From: a virus
Virus record (IMG/VR): IMGVR_UViG_3300025684_000014
Location: 59,668-123,667 of that record
Direction: 5' to 3' (one strand)
DNA: 64,000 nucleotides
This document shows positions 1 through 8,655 of the stretch, in pieces. The translations under genes and the position numbers were made by a program. Numbering within the stretch: position 1 is the first letter of the stretch; each line of letters begins with the position of its first letter. The notes under the pieces are model-generated. The model was given only the letters and a program-made list of their open reading frames with translations. It did not search any database and was not told the DNA's origin.

Positions 1-1
1 A

Positions 2-403
2 GTAAAGTCAAAGCTTGGTGTTTCTTTTGGCCCTATTTCTAATTTTGAAAGTGGCTTGGTTATTAGAAGTCCAAAAGCTCCTTACGATATGATTATTATG
101 GCTTTTAGAGATGATCATCTTGTTGGCGTATTTTACAGCTATTCAAACGCTTTTCAAGATAGCGTAGGCGGACCTTTCAAAGCTGTTGTTCTTGTCCGCG
201 ATAAGTTCAAGGAAAAGTTTGGTCTTCCTGACGATGCTACTAAGACAGACAAAGGTGTAAAGCTTACTTGGAAGCTAAACAAGGGCGCTGCTCTTGAGCT
301 TACAGGTGAAGATCCTTATAAGGTTACTTACACAGTTAAGTGCGAGCAACTTATTGATTCTCTTGACGCAAAAGCTCGAAGGGGAGCAAATCTTGGATTC
401 TGA
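2..403 (+). CDS. Hypothetical protein, 5'-truncated by the window edge
   Basis: The frame of the 56..403 ORF stays open back to position 2. Confidence 0.7.
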   Translation, partial: VKSKLGVSFGPISNFESGLVIRSPKAPYDMIIMAFRDDHLVGVFYSYSNAFQDSVGGPFKAVVLVRDKFKEKFGLPDDATKTDKGVKLTWKLNKGAALELTGEDPYKVTYTVKCEQLIDSLDAKARRGANLGF

Positions 404-716
404 TCCTCGCTTTTCTGTTTCTTTACTTAAAAATATTTTTGTTACTGCTTTACAAGATGGTAGTAATTATTGGCTTATTATAAATAATTGGTGCTTAGAA
501 GAACATATTGCTAATATTACTGATATAGAAGCAAATCCATTTACACAATATGAAGTAGATTTAAATGTTATTAAAAAAGGGTTTGAAATACTTTATGCAC
601 AAAAATCTGAATGGAGCAGTAAAAAGCTTTCTAATATTTTAAATAAAAATTATGATGCAGAAGATGCAGATGTAATTTTACAGTACGGTTTATTCGGGGA
701 GCTTCTTTATGGATAG
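294..716 (+). CDS. Conserved-looking phage hypothetical protein; true start probably downstream, near 393
   Basis: C-terminal DAEDADVILQYGLFGELLYG motif; overlaps the next start codon. Confidence 0.6.
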   Translation: MSLQVKILIRLLTQLSASNLLILLTQKLEGEQILDSDPRFSVSLLKNIFVTALQDGSNYWLIINNWCLEEHIANITDIEANPFTQYEVDLNVIKKGFEILYAQKSEWSSKKLSNILNKNYDAEDADVILQYGLFGELLYG

Positions 717-908
717 TAAACATCCTCTTGTTGGTAAATCTGTAAAACTTTTTCCTAACGACACTTTTGCAAAGTATGGAGTAATAAATAAAATCGATGA
801 TCTTGGTTATTATATAGAGATTTATAGGTGCGACAATAAGCAAGAATATAAGGTTGGTGATATAGCTTTTTTTAATCACGCTAACCAGTTGCATTTTATT
901 ATTTTAAA

Positions 909-1238
909 TTGAATACTAATTATATAATACCTTGCCTTGCTCTTTCTTTTGCTAATATTATTTTCTGGTATAAAGGTAATTCAAAAGCTATTTATGGTTT
1001 AGATTGGTCTCCATTCAAGTGGTGGCTTTATACTAGTTTAATAACAAACTATATTACACTTCATGCTTGGTGGAAATTAATTGAATTAAGCAATGTTTGG
1101 AAAGCTGGTGTTACATGGGGGCTTTGCAGTCTTTTTGTTGACTTAATTTTAAATACCATTTATTTTGGTTTTAATTTAAACGGCATTATTGCTTTAGCAT
1201 TCTGTGCTTGCTCTGCTTTTTTTGCACATAAAACTTGA
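909..1238 (+). CDS. Small multi-pass membrane protein
   Basis: Three to four hydrophobic, Trp-rich segments. Confidence 0.65.
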   Translation: MNTNYIIPCLALSFANIIFWYKGNSKAIYGLDWSPFKWWLYTSLITNYITLHAWWKLIELSNVWKAGVTWGLCSLFVDLILNTIYFGFNLNGIIALAFCACSAFFAHKT

Positions 1239-1262
1239 CAAACATTTTTTAATGATTATAAA
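1235..1262 (+). promoter_or_regulatory. Putative sigma70-type promoter of the tRNA cluster
   Basis: TTGACA at 1235-1240, 16-nt spacer, TATAAA at 1257-1262, about 45 nt upstream of tRNA-Thr. Confidence 0.5.
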
Positions 1263-1307
1263 TCATATCATAAGCAACAGCAGTTGCTTTCTTAGCTCTT
1301 TAACCTT

Positions 1308-1380
1308 GCTGGTGTAGCTCAGTTGGTAGAGCCCCTGTCTTGTAAACAGGTTGTCGGGAGTTCAAGTCTCTCCTCCAGCA
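1308..1380 (+). tRNA. tRNA-Thr(UGU)
   Basis: Cloverleaf; anticodon arm CCTGT-CT-TGT-AA-ACAGG; T-loop GTTCAAG; no encoded CCA. Confidence 0.95.
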
Positions 1381-1383
1381 CAT

Positions 1384-1456
1384 GCAAGAATAACTCAATT
1401 GGTAGAGTATCTGCCTTCCAAGCAGAATGTTGCGGGTTCGAGTCCCGTTTCTTGCT
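1384..1456 (+). tRNA. tRNA-Gly(UCC)
   Basis: Acceptor GCAAGAA/TTCTTGC; anticodon arm TCTGC-CT-TCC-AA-GCAGA; T-loop GTTCGAG; no CCA. Confidence 0.95.
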
Positions 1457-1457
1457 C

Positions 1458-1550
1458 TAATAGCTTAAACAACATTCATACTACTTTTAACCTTTTAGAA
1501 AGATTAATCAGTGGTTATGTGTGTCGTGGGTTCAAACGTTTAAGCTATTA
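1458..1550 (+). ncRNA. Putative structured RNA 1 (long closed stem-loop)
   Basis: Perfect 13-bp terminal stem TAATAGCTTAAAC/GTTTAAGCTATTA plus internal pairing. Confidence 0.45.
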
Positions 1551-1553
1551 ATT

Positions 1554-1657
1554 GATGCAGCTTAGCGCCTCTTTTTTCCTACTTTCTTTTAACACTAATA
1601 ATATAGATTAAGAGTTTGCAGGGTTGAGTGTGTAAAAGTGAACTGTTAAGTTGCATC
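1554..1657 (+). ncRNA. Putative structured RNA 2 (long closed stem-loop)
   Basis: 13-bp terminal stem GATGCAGCTTAGC/GTTAAGTTGCATC with two G-U pairs. Confidence 0.45.
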
Positions 1658-1660
1658 TAT

Positions 1661-1733
1661 GCTCTCTTAGCTCAATGGTTAGAGCAATCGGCTGTTAACC
1701 GATAGGTTCTAGGTTCAAGTCCTAGAGAGAGCG
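1661..1733 (+). tRNA. tRNA-Asn(GUU)
   Basis: Acceptor GCTCTCT/AGAGAGC; anticodon arm ATCGG-CT-GTT-AA-CCGAT; no CCA. Confidence 0.95.
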
Positions 1734-3007
1734 TTCTTTTATTTTAATTGTAGAAAGGTCAAACATGTCTGATTACCCTTATCATTTTTCTGATTACGTA
1801 GATATTAAAGCAACTAATGGTTACACAATAAGATTAAAAAGCAGATCAATGTCTAAAGACGCTTTAACATTGGTTGCTAAAAAATCTGGAGTTAATATGG
1901 TTATGTGGGAATGGATGTGGCGCACAGGTAATATTTCCTCTATTACTAGACTTCTTAATACTGAAGTTAATGAAAATGGTTATTCAAGATAACTGAGGCT
2001 TTATTATGAATTTAGATTTTTATCCTTCTTCTACTCTCGAGTGGAATCAGGTTACTAAAGATATTGCTAATAAATTAAAAACAATTATTCCTGATTTAAA
2101 AATTAACTTTACTTTTTTTGAGTATGAAGAAACTTCTATAACTTTATCATTAGAATCTTTTGATAATCTTTGTAAACTTTCTAAAGATCTTTTTTATAAT
2201 TCTGAAGATAAGTTAGTAATAAAAAATTTATTTTTGACTAATTATCAAAAGCATTTTTTAGTTTACTGTGATGTAGAATTTCATGATTATAATAATGGTA
2301 TTCCGCAAAACGTAAAAATATTTTTCGATATAGAGGAAAGTATTGATTAATTATATAATTATTATATTAGTAACTATTTTTATTTTCTTTTCAAATTACA
2401 ATAATAAAATTACTTCTAAATATAATTGTACCTCTAATATAAACAATAAAACTTTACAAGTTTCTTTTTCTCAATACCAAAAACTTATTAATTCTCATTT
2501 AAAAAATAAAATAAAATGTAGGCTTATTTTTAATGAAAATACTTCTTCAAACAAAAGACAAACTTCTTTTTCCCAACTCAATTAATCAAATAACATTAGA
2601 AACTTTTGATAATCAAATTGTTGTTTACGGATCTGATATAAAAAGTTCTCTTTATATTAAAAAATATTCTTCTTCTTCTGAATTGATACATGATTTAAAA
2701 AAAATACAAACTAACAAAAATTTAACTAAAAATTATTTTTGTTCTATCTTGAAATTTTATTCTTCTCTAAGTAAATAACGCTAATCTTCAAGGAGTACAT
2801 ATGAAGAATACAATACTTTTTACACTAATTTTATTTTTAATACTTACTTCTTCTTGTCTAGAAAGCACTAAGATCGAAGAATTACCTGATCTTAATTTTA
2901 GAGACCAAGAATTAGATGATCAAATAAATTATATTTTAGATGATCAAGGTAATCTTTTAGAATTTCACGACTTTGAATTTTCAGAAATCCCTGACCAAGG
3001 TTAAAAA

Positions 3008-3298
3008 ATGAAATGTTCTGTAACATATTTTGTAGATGAAAAAACAAACAAATTGATGTGGCAATGCCCTAACAGAATGGGTATTCCCACTAAACATGAT
3101 GCTAAAACAACTACCCGTTGTTGGAGACATAATTGTAAAGGAATTAAACCTCCGAATCCAATCATGTTTTGTAACGCTCAAAATTGTAATAAAATAAAAA
3201 AGAATCATCCTGATTCTTTGTATTGTAGTGACCGCTGCAGTAAACGCGAAAGAGATCGTAGGTATCGGTTAAAGAAGAAAACAAATGTCTCATTTTGA
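3008..3298 (+). CDS. Cys-rich, basic zinc-finger-like protein
   Basis: Multiple Cys pairs; YCSDRC followed by an Arg/Lys-rich helix. Confidence 0.55.
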   Translation: MKCSVTYFVDEKTNKLMWQCPNRMGIPTKHDAKTTTRCWRHNCKGIKPPNPIMFCNAQNCNKIKKNHPDSLYCSDRCSKRERDRRYRLKKKTNVSF

Positions 3299-3899
3299 AT
3301 ATGTTAAAGATTTTCTTTACAAGAAAGAAGCCGATTATTTACAGTGTTTTCTTGAGGAAGAGATACCTTGGCGCCAAGTAAAATATTTTAAACCTGAAAG
3401 AGGTTATGTAATTACACCTCGTTTAACTTGGTGCGCAGGGTTTCACAACAATCTTTATTATAACATAAACAATATAACTCCTAATCCAATTCCAAAAACA
3501 ATATTACCTCTTAAAGAAATAATTGAAGATTATACTGGTACTACTTATAACTTCGTTCTTTTTGCTAAATATAGAAATGGTCAAGATTCGATAACTTATC
3601 ATTCTGACGATGAATTATTTTTAGGAAAAAACCCAACTATACCTTTATTAACTATTGGCTCTGCAAGACCTTTTAATTTGAAAAATAAGATTGATAGATC
3701 TGTACAAAGTTTTGATTTAAATCATGGTGATTTATTAATCATGAAAAATGATTGTCAAAGAAACTTTCAACATGCAGTACCTAAAGTTGACAACTTTAAC
3801 GAAGTTAGGTATTCAATTACTTTTAGAAAAGCTATAAATGAATACGGTACTAAAAACTATTATACTTATAATGTAGGTAATCAACTTGATTTTAAATAA
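3285..3899 (+). CDS. AlkB-family 2OG-Fe(II) dioxygenase
   Basis: YRNGQDSITYHSD (HxD), HAVPK and RYSITFR motifs. Confidence 0.9.
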   Translation: MSHFEYVKDFLYKKEADYLQCFLEEEIPWRQVKYFKPERGYVITPRLTWCAGFHNNLYYNINNITPNPIPKTILPLKEIIEDYTGTTYNFVLFAKYRNGQDSITYHSDDELFLGKNPTIPLLTIGSARPFNLKNKIDRSVQSFDLNHGDLLIMKNDCQRNFQHAVPKVDNFNEVRYSITFRKAINEYGTKNYYTYNVGNQLDFK

Positions 3900-3914
3900 C
3901 TTTTTTTGTATTAC

Positions 3915-3934
3915 CCCCTTTTTATAAAAAGGGG
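3915..3934. terminator. Palindromic hairpin (terminator or regulatory element)
   Basis: CCCCTTTTTATAAAAAGGGG in the intergenic gap. Confidence 0.45.
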
Positions 3935-4212
3935 AAAACATTATGTCTCAAGAATTTTTAGCTTTTTCTTATATACTTTTTTCATATTCAATTATAATCA
4001 TTCAAGGAATTAATAAATTAAAATGAGCTGTTTTTATACAAGCGAAGAAAAAAAGCGTAATGTCATTGATTTTTTAAGTCAATTTAACAGTCTTATGAGA
4101 GACTGTAATGTAGATATAAACTTTTTAGATGGTACTTTATATATTGAAGGTCAGTATGCTGGCAATTTAGAAGACACTTGTAATTCAGTGCGTCTAGAAG
4201 ACGCTGAAGGTA

Positions 4213-4716
4213 TTGAACTTTATGAAACTGATTTTATTGATTAAAGTCATTCCTGCTTTTCTTTGTTTAACTTTTGCAAAACTTAAAGAAAAAAACGAAA
4301 TAGATATAACAGCTCAAGGTGTTTTTAATAGTTGTAATTATTCTCAAGATTTAATCTATACCGCAGAAGAAAACAACTTATCTCCTTTTTTGTTAGCTGC
4401 TTTGATTTTTCAAGAATCAAGATGGCAGACAAATTTACAAAGTAATGTCGGAGCTTGTGGTCTTACACAAGTTATTGGCAAGTATTTTGGAATTTCTTGT
4501 GATTTTCTTAAGAAAAATCCTGCTTTATCTATAGAAACAGGAGCTCACATAATAAACTTATATCTAGAACATACAAAAAATGATTTAGATAAAGCTTTAG
4601 CTTGTTATAGTACTGGCTATAAATGTTCTTACATGTCTTACTCTAAAAGAGTAAAACAAAGATCTAAACAATTACAAACAACTTACAACAGTATTTTAAT
4701 GGAGATACATAAATGA
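4213..4716 (+). CDS. SLT-family lytic transglycosylase
   Basis: LAALIFQES (catalytic Glu), GACGLTQ, ALACY motifs; hydrophobic N-terminus. Confidence 0.85.
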   Translation: MNFMKLILLIKVIPAFLCLTFAKLKEKNEIDITAQGVFNSCNYSQDLIYTAEENNLSPFLLAALIFQESRWQTNLQSNVGACGLTQVIGKYFGISCDFLKKNPALSIETGAHIINLYLEHTKNDLDKALACYSTGYKCSYMSYSKRVKQRSKQLQTTYNSILMEIHK

Positions 4717-5411
4717 GTAAAATTTATGGTTCGCTTATTGTCCCTGCAAAGGATTGGCGATATATTTACAATAGTGTAATTAACTATTTTAACGAAGAGA
4801 TTTCAGTAGCCTATACCCAGGCTACTGAATTTTATAAAGAAGCAAATACAACCAAGTATGATGCTTATATGGAGTACCTTACTAACAAGTTTTCTTCTAT
4901 CGAAATTACAGATTTTAGAAAAGAGCTTATTAAAAGTTCTACTACTAAAAATTCCTCTTCTGTAAGAAAGCCTAAAAAGAATTTTTTTCAAAAGTTCACA
5001 AATAGAACTACAAGAATTGACACTATAGATCTTTCTATTTCTTTTGATAAAGAGAATCATCAAATTTATATTGAAACTTCTCAATTTGAAGATTTTGACA
5101 ATTACATGGCTACAAATTCTTTTATTACCGAATTTGTAAATATGATCAATTGCATCAACTGGCCTTCAAGACAAGGACCTTCTAAGACAATTAGAGGTGC
5201 TACACTAATTAAAGAGACTGTTCTAAAGAATAAAACTCTTTTCTATTCTGCTGGACCTAATCCTCCTGCTTATGAAGTTCATAATGTAGAAGTAGTAGAT
5301 AAGCCTGCTTATCTTGATTCTTCAATTATTAAAACAATTAAGCTTACTTCTACTTCTGAAGAGGAAACAGCACAACCTGTTCCCGAGCAAGAAGATTTAA
5401 CTGATATTTAA
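4713..5411 (+). CDS. Hypothetical protein
   Basis: 232-aa ORF with GGAG ribosome-binding site, overlapping the previous stop. Confidence 0.7.
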   Translation: MSKIYGSLIVPAKDWRYIYNSVINYFNEEISVAYTQATEFYKEANTTKYDAYMEYLTNKFSSIEITDFRKELIKSSTTKNSSSVRKPKKNFFQKFTNRTTRIDTIDLSISFDKENHQIYIETSQFEDFDNYMATNSFITEFVNMINCINWPSRQGPSKTIRGATLIKETVLKNKTLFYSAGPNPPAYEVHNVEVVDKPAYLDSSIIKTIKLTSTSEEETAQPVPEQEDLTDI

Positions 5412-5786
5412 TTTGGAATTATATAATGAGTACTGAAAATAATTTTACTTGTATTGATCCTGAGTTTTTGAAATATACAAATTCTACTAATTTGAATCTT
5501 TTGGTCAAAGTCTTCAATGAATCTAATCATAATCTTTTTGATTATGAATCAAAAAAGATTAATTCTTGGGATTCTATTTATACTTTTGATCCTGCATCTT
5601 TTTTTAATTCTATTGGTCCTTTTCTTACTCTTGTTGTTGAAAATCAAATTGATTTAACAAATCCTGATTTTTCTAACGTTCCTCATAATGAAACAAAAAA
5701 AGTTATTAATTTTTATAACGAAATTTCTAAGTTGCTTTATTTTTTTCAGAACTCTTATAGAACACAAGAACAAAAATTAAACAAAA

Positions 5787-6584
5787 ATGAATCTTAAAAA
5801 AGAATTATATACTAATTTTAGTCAAAATCCTGGTTATGTAGAACTTATTCAATTTATGGGTCAGGATGTTATAACTCCTGTTAATGCAGCAAGAGCTTCT
5901 TTTGGTGTGCAAATAGAAGAGTTGCAAGAAAAAGACAAAAAGCTTTTTTCTTATTGTGTTAGGGAAGGTCACACTTCTATTCTCGAGCACAATACTCTTA
6001 CTTTTGCCATCAAAGTTCCTCTTTTTGTTGCTAGGCAACATATGAGACACAGAACCTGGTCTTATAATGAAATAAGTCGCAGATACACTAGTAAGGATTT
6101 AGATTTTTATCTTCCTACTAAATTTAGAGTCCAGGCTGAATCTAATCGCCAAGCTTCTGTTGTAGGGTCTGAACAAGATCCAACTTTATCAGAAGTTCAA
6201 GGCACTAACATGATTTGGCCTAAAAAAGCCTCTACCTCTTTGGCTTTGCATACAGAATATTCAATTAAACTTTTTAATAGTATGATTGAAGGAGGCGTTT
6301 GCAGAGAACAAGCAAGGATGGTTTTACCTCAAAATCTTTATACTTATTATTGGGCTACAGTAAATTTAAATAATTTCTTTAAATTTTGTGATCTTCGTAT
6401 TCATGAAGGCGCTCAACCAGAAATTCAAGAAATGGCTCAAGCCTGCAAAGATCTTGCTTCTCAAATTTGGCCTTTAACTTTTGAATTATACAACAAGTCA
6501 AAACAAGAGAAGCAAAGAACTAATGCTATTCAATATTTACGTTCTTTAGATAACGTACCAACAGAACTTTTAAACTTACTTTAA
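5787..6584 (+). CDS. thyX: Flavin-dependent thymidylate synthase
   Basis: RHRTWSYNEISRRY ThyX signature; H..ILEH; REQARMVLP. Confidence 0.95.
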   Translation: MNLKKELYTNFSQNPGYVELIQFMGQDVITPVNAARASFGVQIEELQEKDKKLFSYCVREGHTSILEHNTLTFAIKVPLFVARQHMRHRTWSYNEISRRYTSKDLDFYLPTKFRVQAESNRQASVVGSEQDPTLSEVQGTNMIWPKKASTSLALHTEYSIKLFNSMIEGGVCREQARMVLPQNLYTYYWATVNLNNFFKFCDLRIHEGAQPEIQEMAQACKDLASQIWPLTFELYNKSKQEKQRTNAIQYLRSLDNVPTELLNLL

Positions 6585-6611
6585 TCACGTATATTATATA
6601 GGATATTTATT

Positions 6612-6992
6612 ATGGCTAAGAACATGAACCAATGGATCGGTGAAGGAAACATTTCTTGTGACCCTGAGTTGCGTCACACTTTTGATAGTACTCGTCCAGT
6701 TACAAATTTTAATCTCTATGTTGACAATGTTTACAGATCTAAGAAAGACAACGATTATGAAGATGAAGTAGCTTTTAAGAAGCGTACTTCAAAGATTCCT
6801 GTTGTTGCTTGGGCTGGTAAGGCTGAAATGATTTCTAAGAATTTCAGAAAGGGAGATAAGGTTAGACTTGTAGGTCATCTTCGTACAAGAAAGATTGAAA
6901 AGAATGGTGTTTTTTTTAATGCATTTGAAATCGTTGTAGAAGACATTTCTCTTATCAGAAGAGCTTCTAGCAAAACTCGTGAGCTTGACTAA
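6612..6992 (+). CDS. ssb: Single-stranded DNA-binding protein
   Basis: GN...DPELR, VVAW, KGDKVRLVGHLRTR OB-fold motifs; no long acidic tail. Confidence 0.85.
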   Translation: MAKNMNQWIGEGNISCDPELRHTFDSTRPVTNFNLYVDNVYRSKKDNDYEDEVAFKKRTSKIPVVAWAGKAEMISKNFRKGDKVRLVGHLRTRKIEKNGVFFNAFEIVVEDISLIRRASSKTRELD

Positions 6993-7875
6993 ATTCTTTT
7001 GCTTCTCTAAGGATTTCTTCCATATCTAGAGAAGCACAATCAATTTTATTTGACGTTAAATTGTAATGATTAATAAAACCATTAAATCGCATCATTCTAC
7101 AATCTTCGTCAACTCCTTTAGTTTTACAGACATCTAAATTTATTCCAGTTGCATCGTGTATAGCAGCCCATAAAGCTGCTAACGCTTTTAATTGTACTGG
7201 ATAAAAATCTAAATGCGGTCCTACTTTTTTACCATTCACTTCTGAAGTTACAACTGGTCTTTCTCCAAAGCCTTTTTTAATGTACCACTCCTGGTATTTT
7301 GTATAAAAAGCATTAGAGATTTCCACTCCAACTCCATGAGTGTTCCACAATCGATTACCTGCTTGCCAAGCAGGATGTTGTATATCTAACATTTGATAGA
7401 TAGTTCCATCATTATCTATCAAAAAATGCATAGAAAGCCCACGTTTATTTATTATTCTTGCACAAGCTTCAGATGAAAGAGTAGCGTCCCAATGATTTAC
7501 AAATTGAACGATCCCTCTATTTGGTCTTCCAGACCAATCATAGTAAGTACCGTCTTTAGCTTTTAACCCACCTCTTTCATCCCACAAAATTACTTTGTCC
7601 CAACAAATAGGAAACTTTTCTCCATTGTAAACAATAGATTTTTCACCTTTTCTTTTGTTTCTTTTTGGAGGACTATAATCTTCCTCTTCTAAAACTTTTG
7701 TTTGGATTCTTCTAAAAGTTGTTTCTCCTACAAGACCATCAGTTTTTATTCCAAAAATTTCTTGATGTTCTTTAATCTTTTCAATAAGATTTTCATCAAA
7801 GCTTTCTGCTCCAAACCATTCTGGAGACCAGCCTAAAGTTTTTGAAGAATTAAGATTAAAATCAATTTTACTCAT
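6967..7875 (-). CDS. N-acetylmuramoyl-L-alanine amidase with N-terminal peptidoglycan-binding domain (endolysin-like)
   Basis: DGLVGETT PG-binding motif; VNHWD, SMHFLIDNDGTIYQ, GVEI, H...KID amidase_2 motifs. Confidence 0.85.
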   Translation of the reverse strand: MSKIDFNLNSSKTLGWSPEWFGAESFDENLIEKIKEHQEIFGIKTDGLVGETTFRRIQTKVLEEEDYSPPKRNKRKGEKSIVYNGEKFPICWDKVILWDERGGLKAKDGTYYDWSGRPNRGIVQFVNHWDATLSSEACARIINKRGLSMHFLIDNDGTIYQMLDIQHPAWQAGNRLWNTHGVGVEISNAFYTKYQEWYIKKGFGERPVVTSEVNGKKVGPHLDFYPVQLKALAALWAAIHDATGINLDVCKTKGVDEDCRMMRFNGFINHYNLTSNKIDCASLDMEEILREAKEFSQAHEFC

Positions 7876-8611
7876 TAAAAAATTCCTTAAGGTTAAAAAA
7901 TGTTAAAAAAATATATTCCTTTTTTTTCTAAAATATATCAAACTTTTATTATCTTGGCCACAGCTTCAATTGGTTTGCTCGAAGTTTGGCTATGATTACT
8001 TGGAAGTTTTTTATGTTGCCTGAAATATTTGTTTCTTTTTTAGCTATTGTTGGCGCTTTTACTACTACTGCTTTTATTACTTGGTTTATTAAAAACTTTT
8101 TATCTAAGTATTATTACAAAGAGCCATACATGTCTCCTGATCAAAAAAAATATTTTATGCTTTTAGAAGAAAATAAAAAACTTAAAGAAAAAATTTCTTC
8201 TCTTGAAATTGAAGCACAGCAAATAACTGATTCGCTTCTAAAACACATACAAGGATAAATTATGTCTATTTTTCATTTTGATATTGATGCTACTCTTTCT
8301 GTTCAAGCTGATTCTCTTGATCAAGCAGAAACAATTTTCAATGATTACATTACTTTTATTTCTTCAGGAATCCCTCATTCTGATTTCGATCTTTATGATT
8401 ATGATGTAAGAGTAGAGCACGAAGATGTTTCTCCTACTGACAATGGCTCTTATACATCTTTTTCTAGTGTAGTATTGAATAATGCTGTTCAAGATGTAAC
8501 TCAACAGATTCAACAAGTTGAATCTTACACTCCTATGACTGCAACTTCTCAGCAAACTCTTCCTGCTATTCCAGGTTATTCTCGTTTGCGCACTACCAGA
8601 AGTTGATTTTA

Positions 8612-8650
8612 TCCCCTCTCAGATGTAACTTTTAAAATATCTGAGGGGGG
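8612..8650 (+). promoter_or_regulatory. Hairpin overlapping the ribosome-binding site of the Lon-like gene
   Basis: CCCCTCTCAGAT...ATCTGAGGGGGG ending 5 nt before the ATG at 8656. Confidence 0.45.
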
Positions 8651-8655
8651 TATAT

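Noticed and set aside
1351-1551. 66-aa ORF in the track
   Set aside because: Overlaps tRNA-Thr, tRNA-Gly and the structured spacer; spurious
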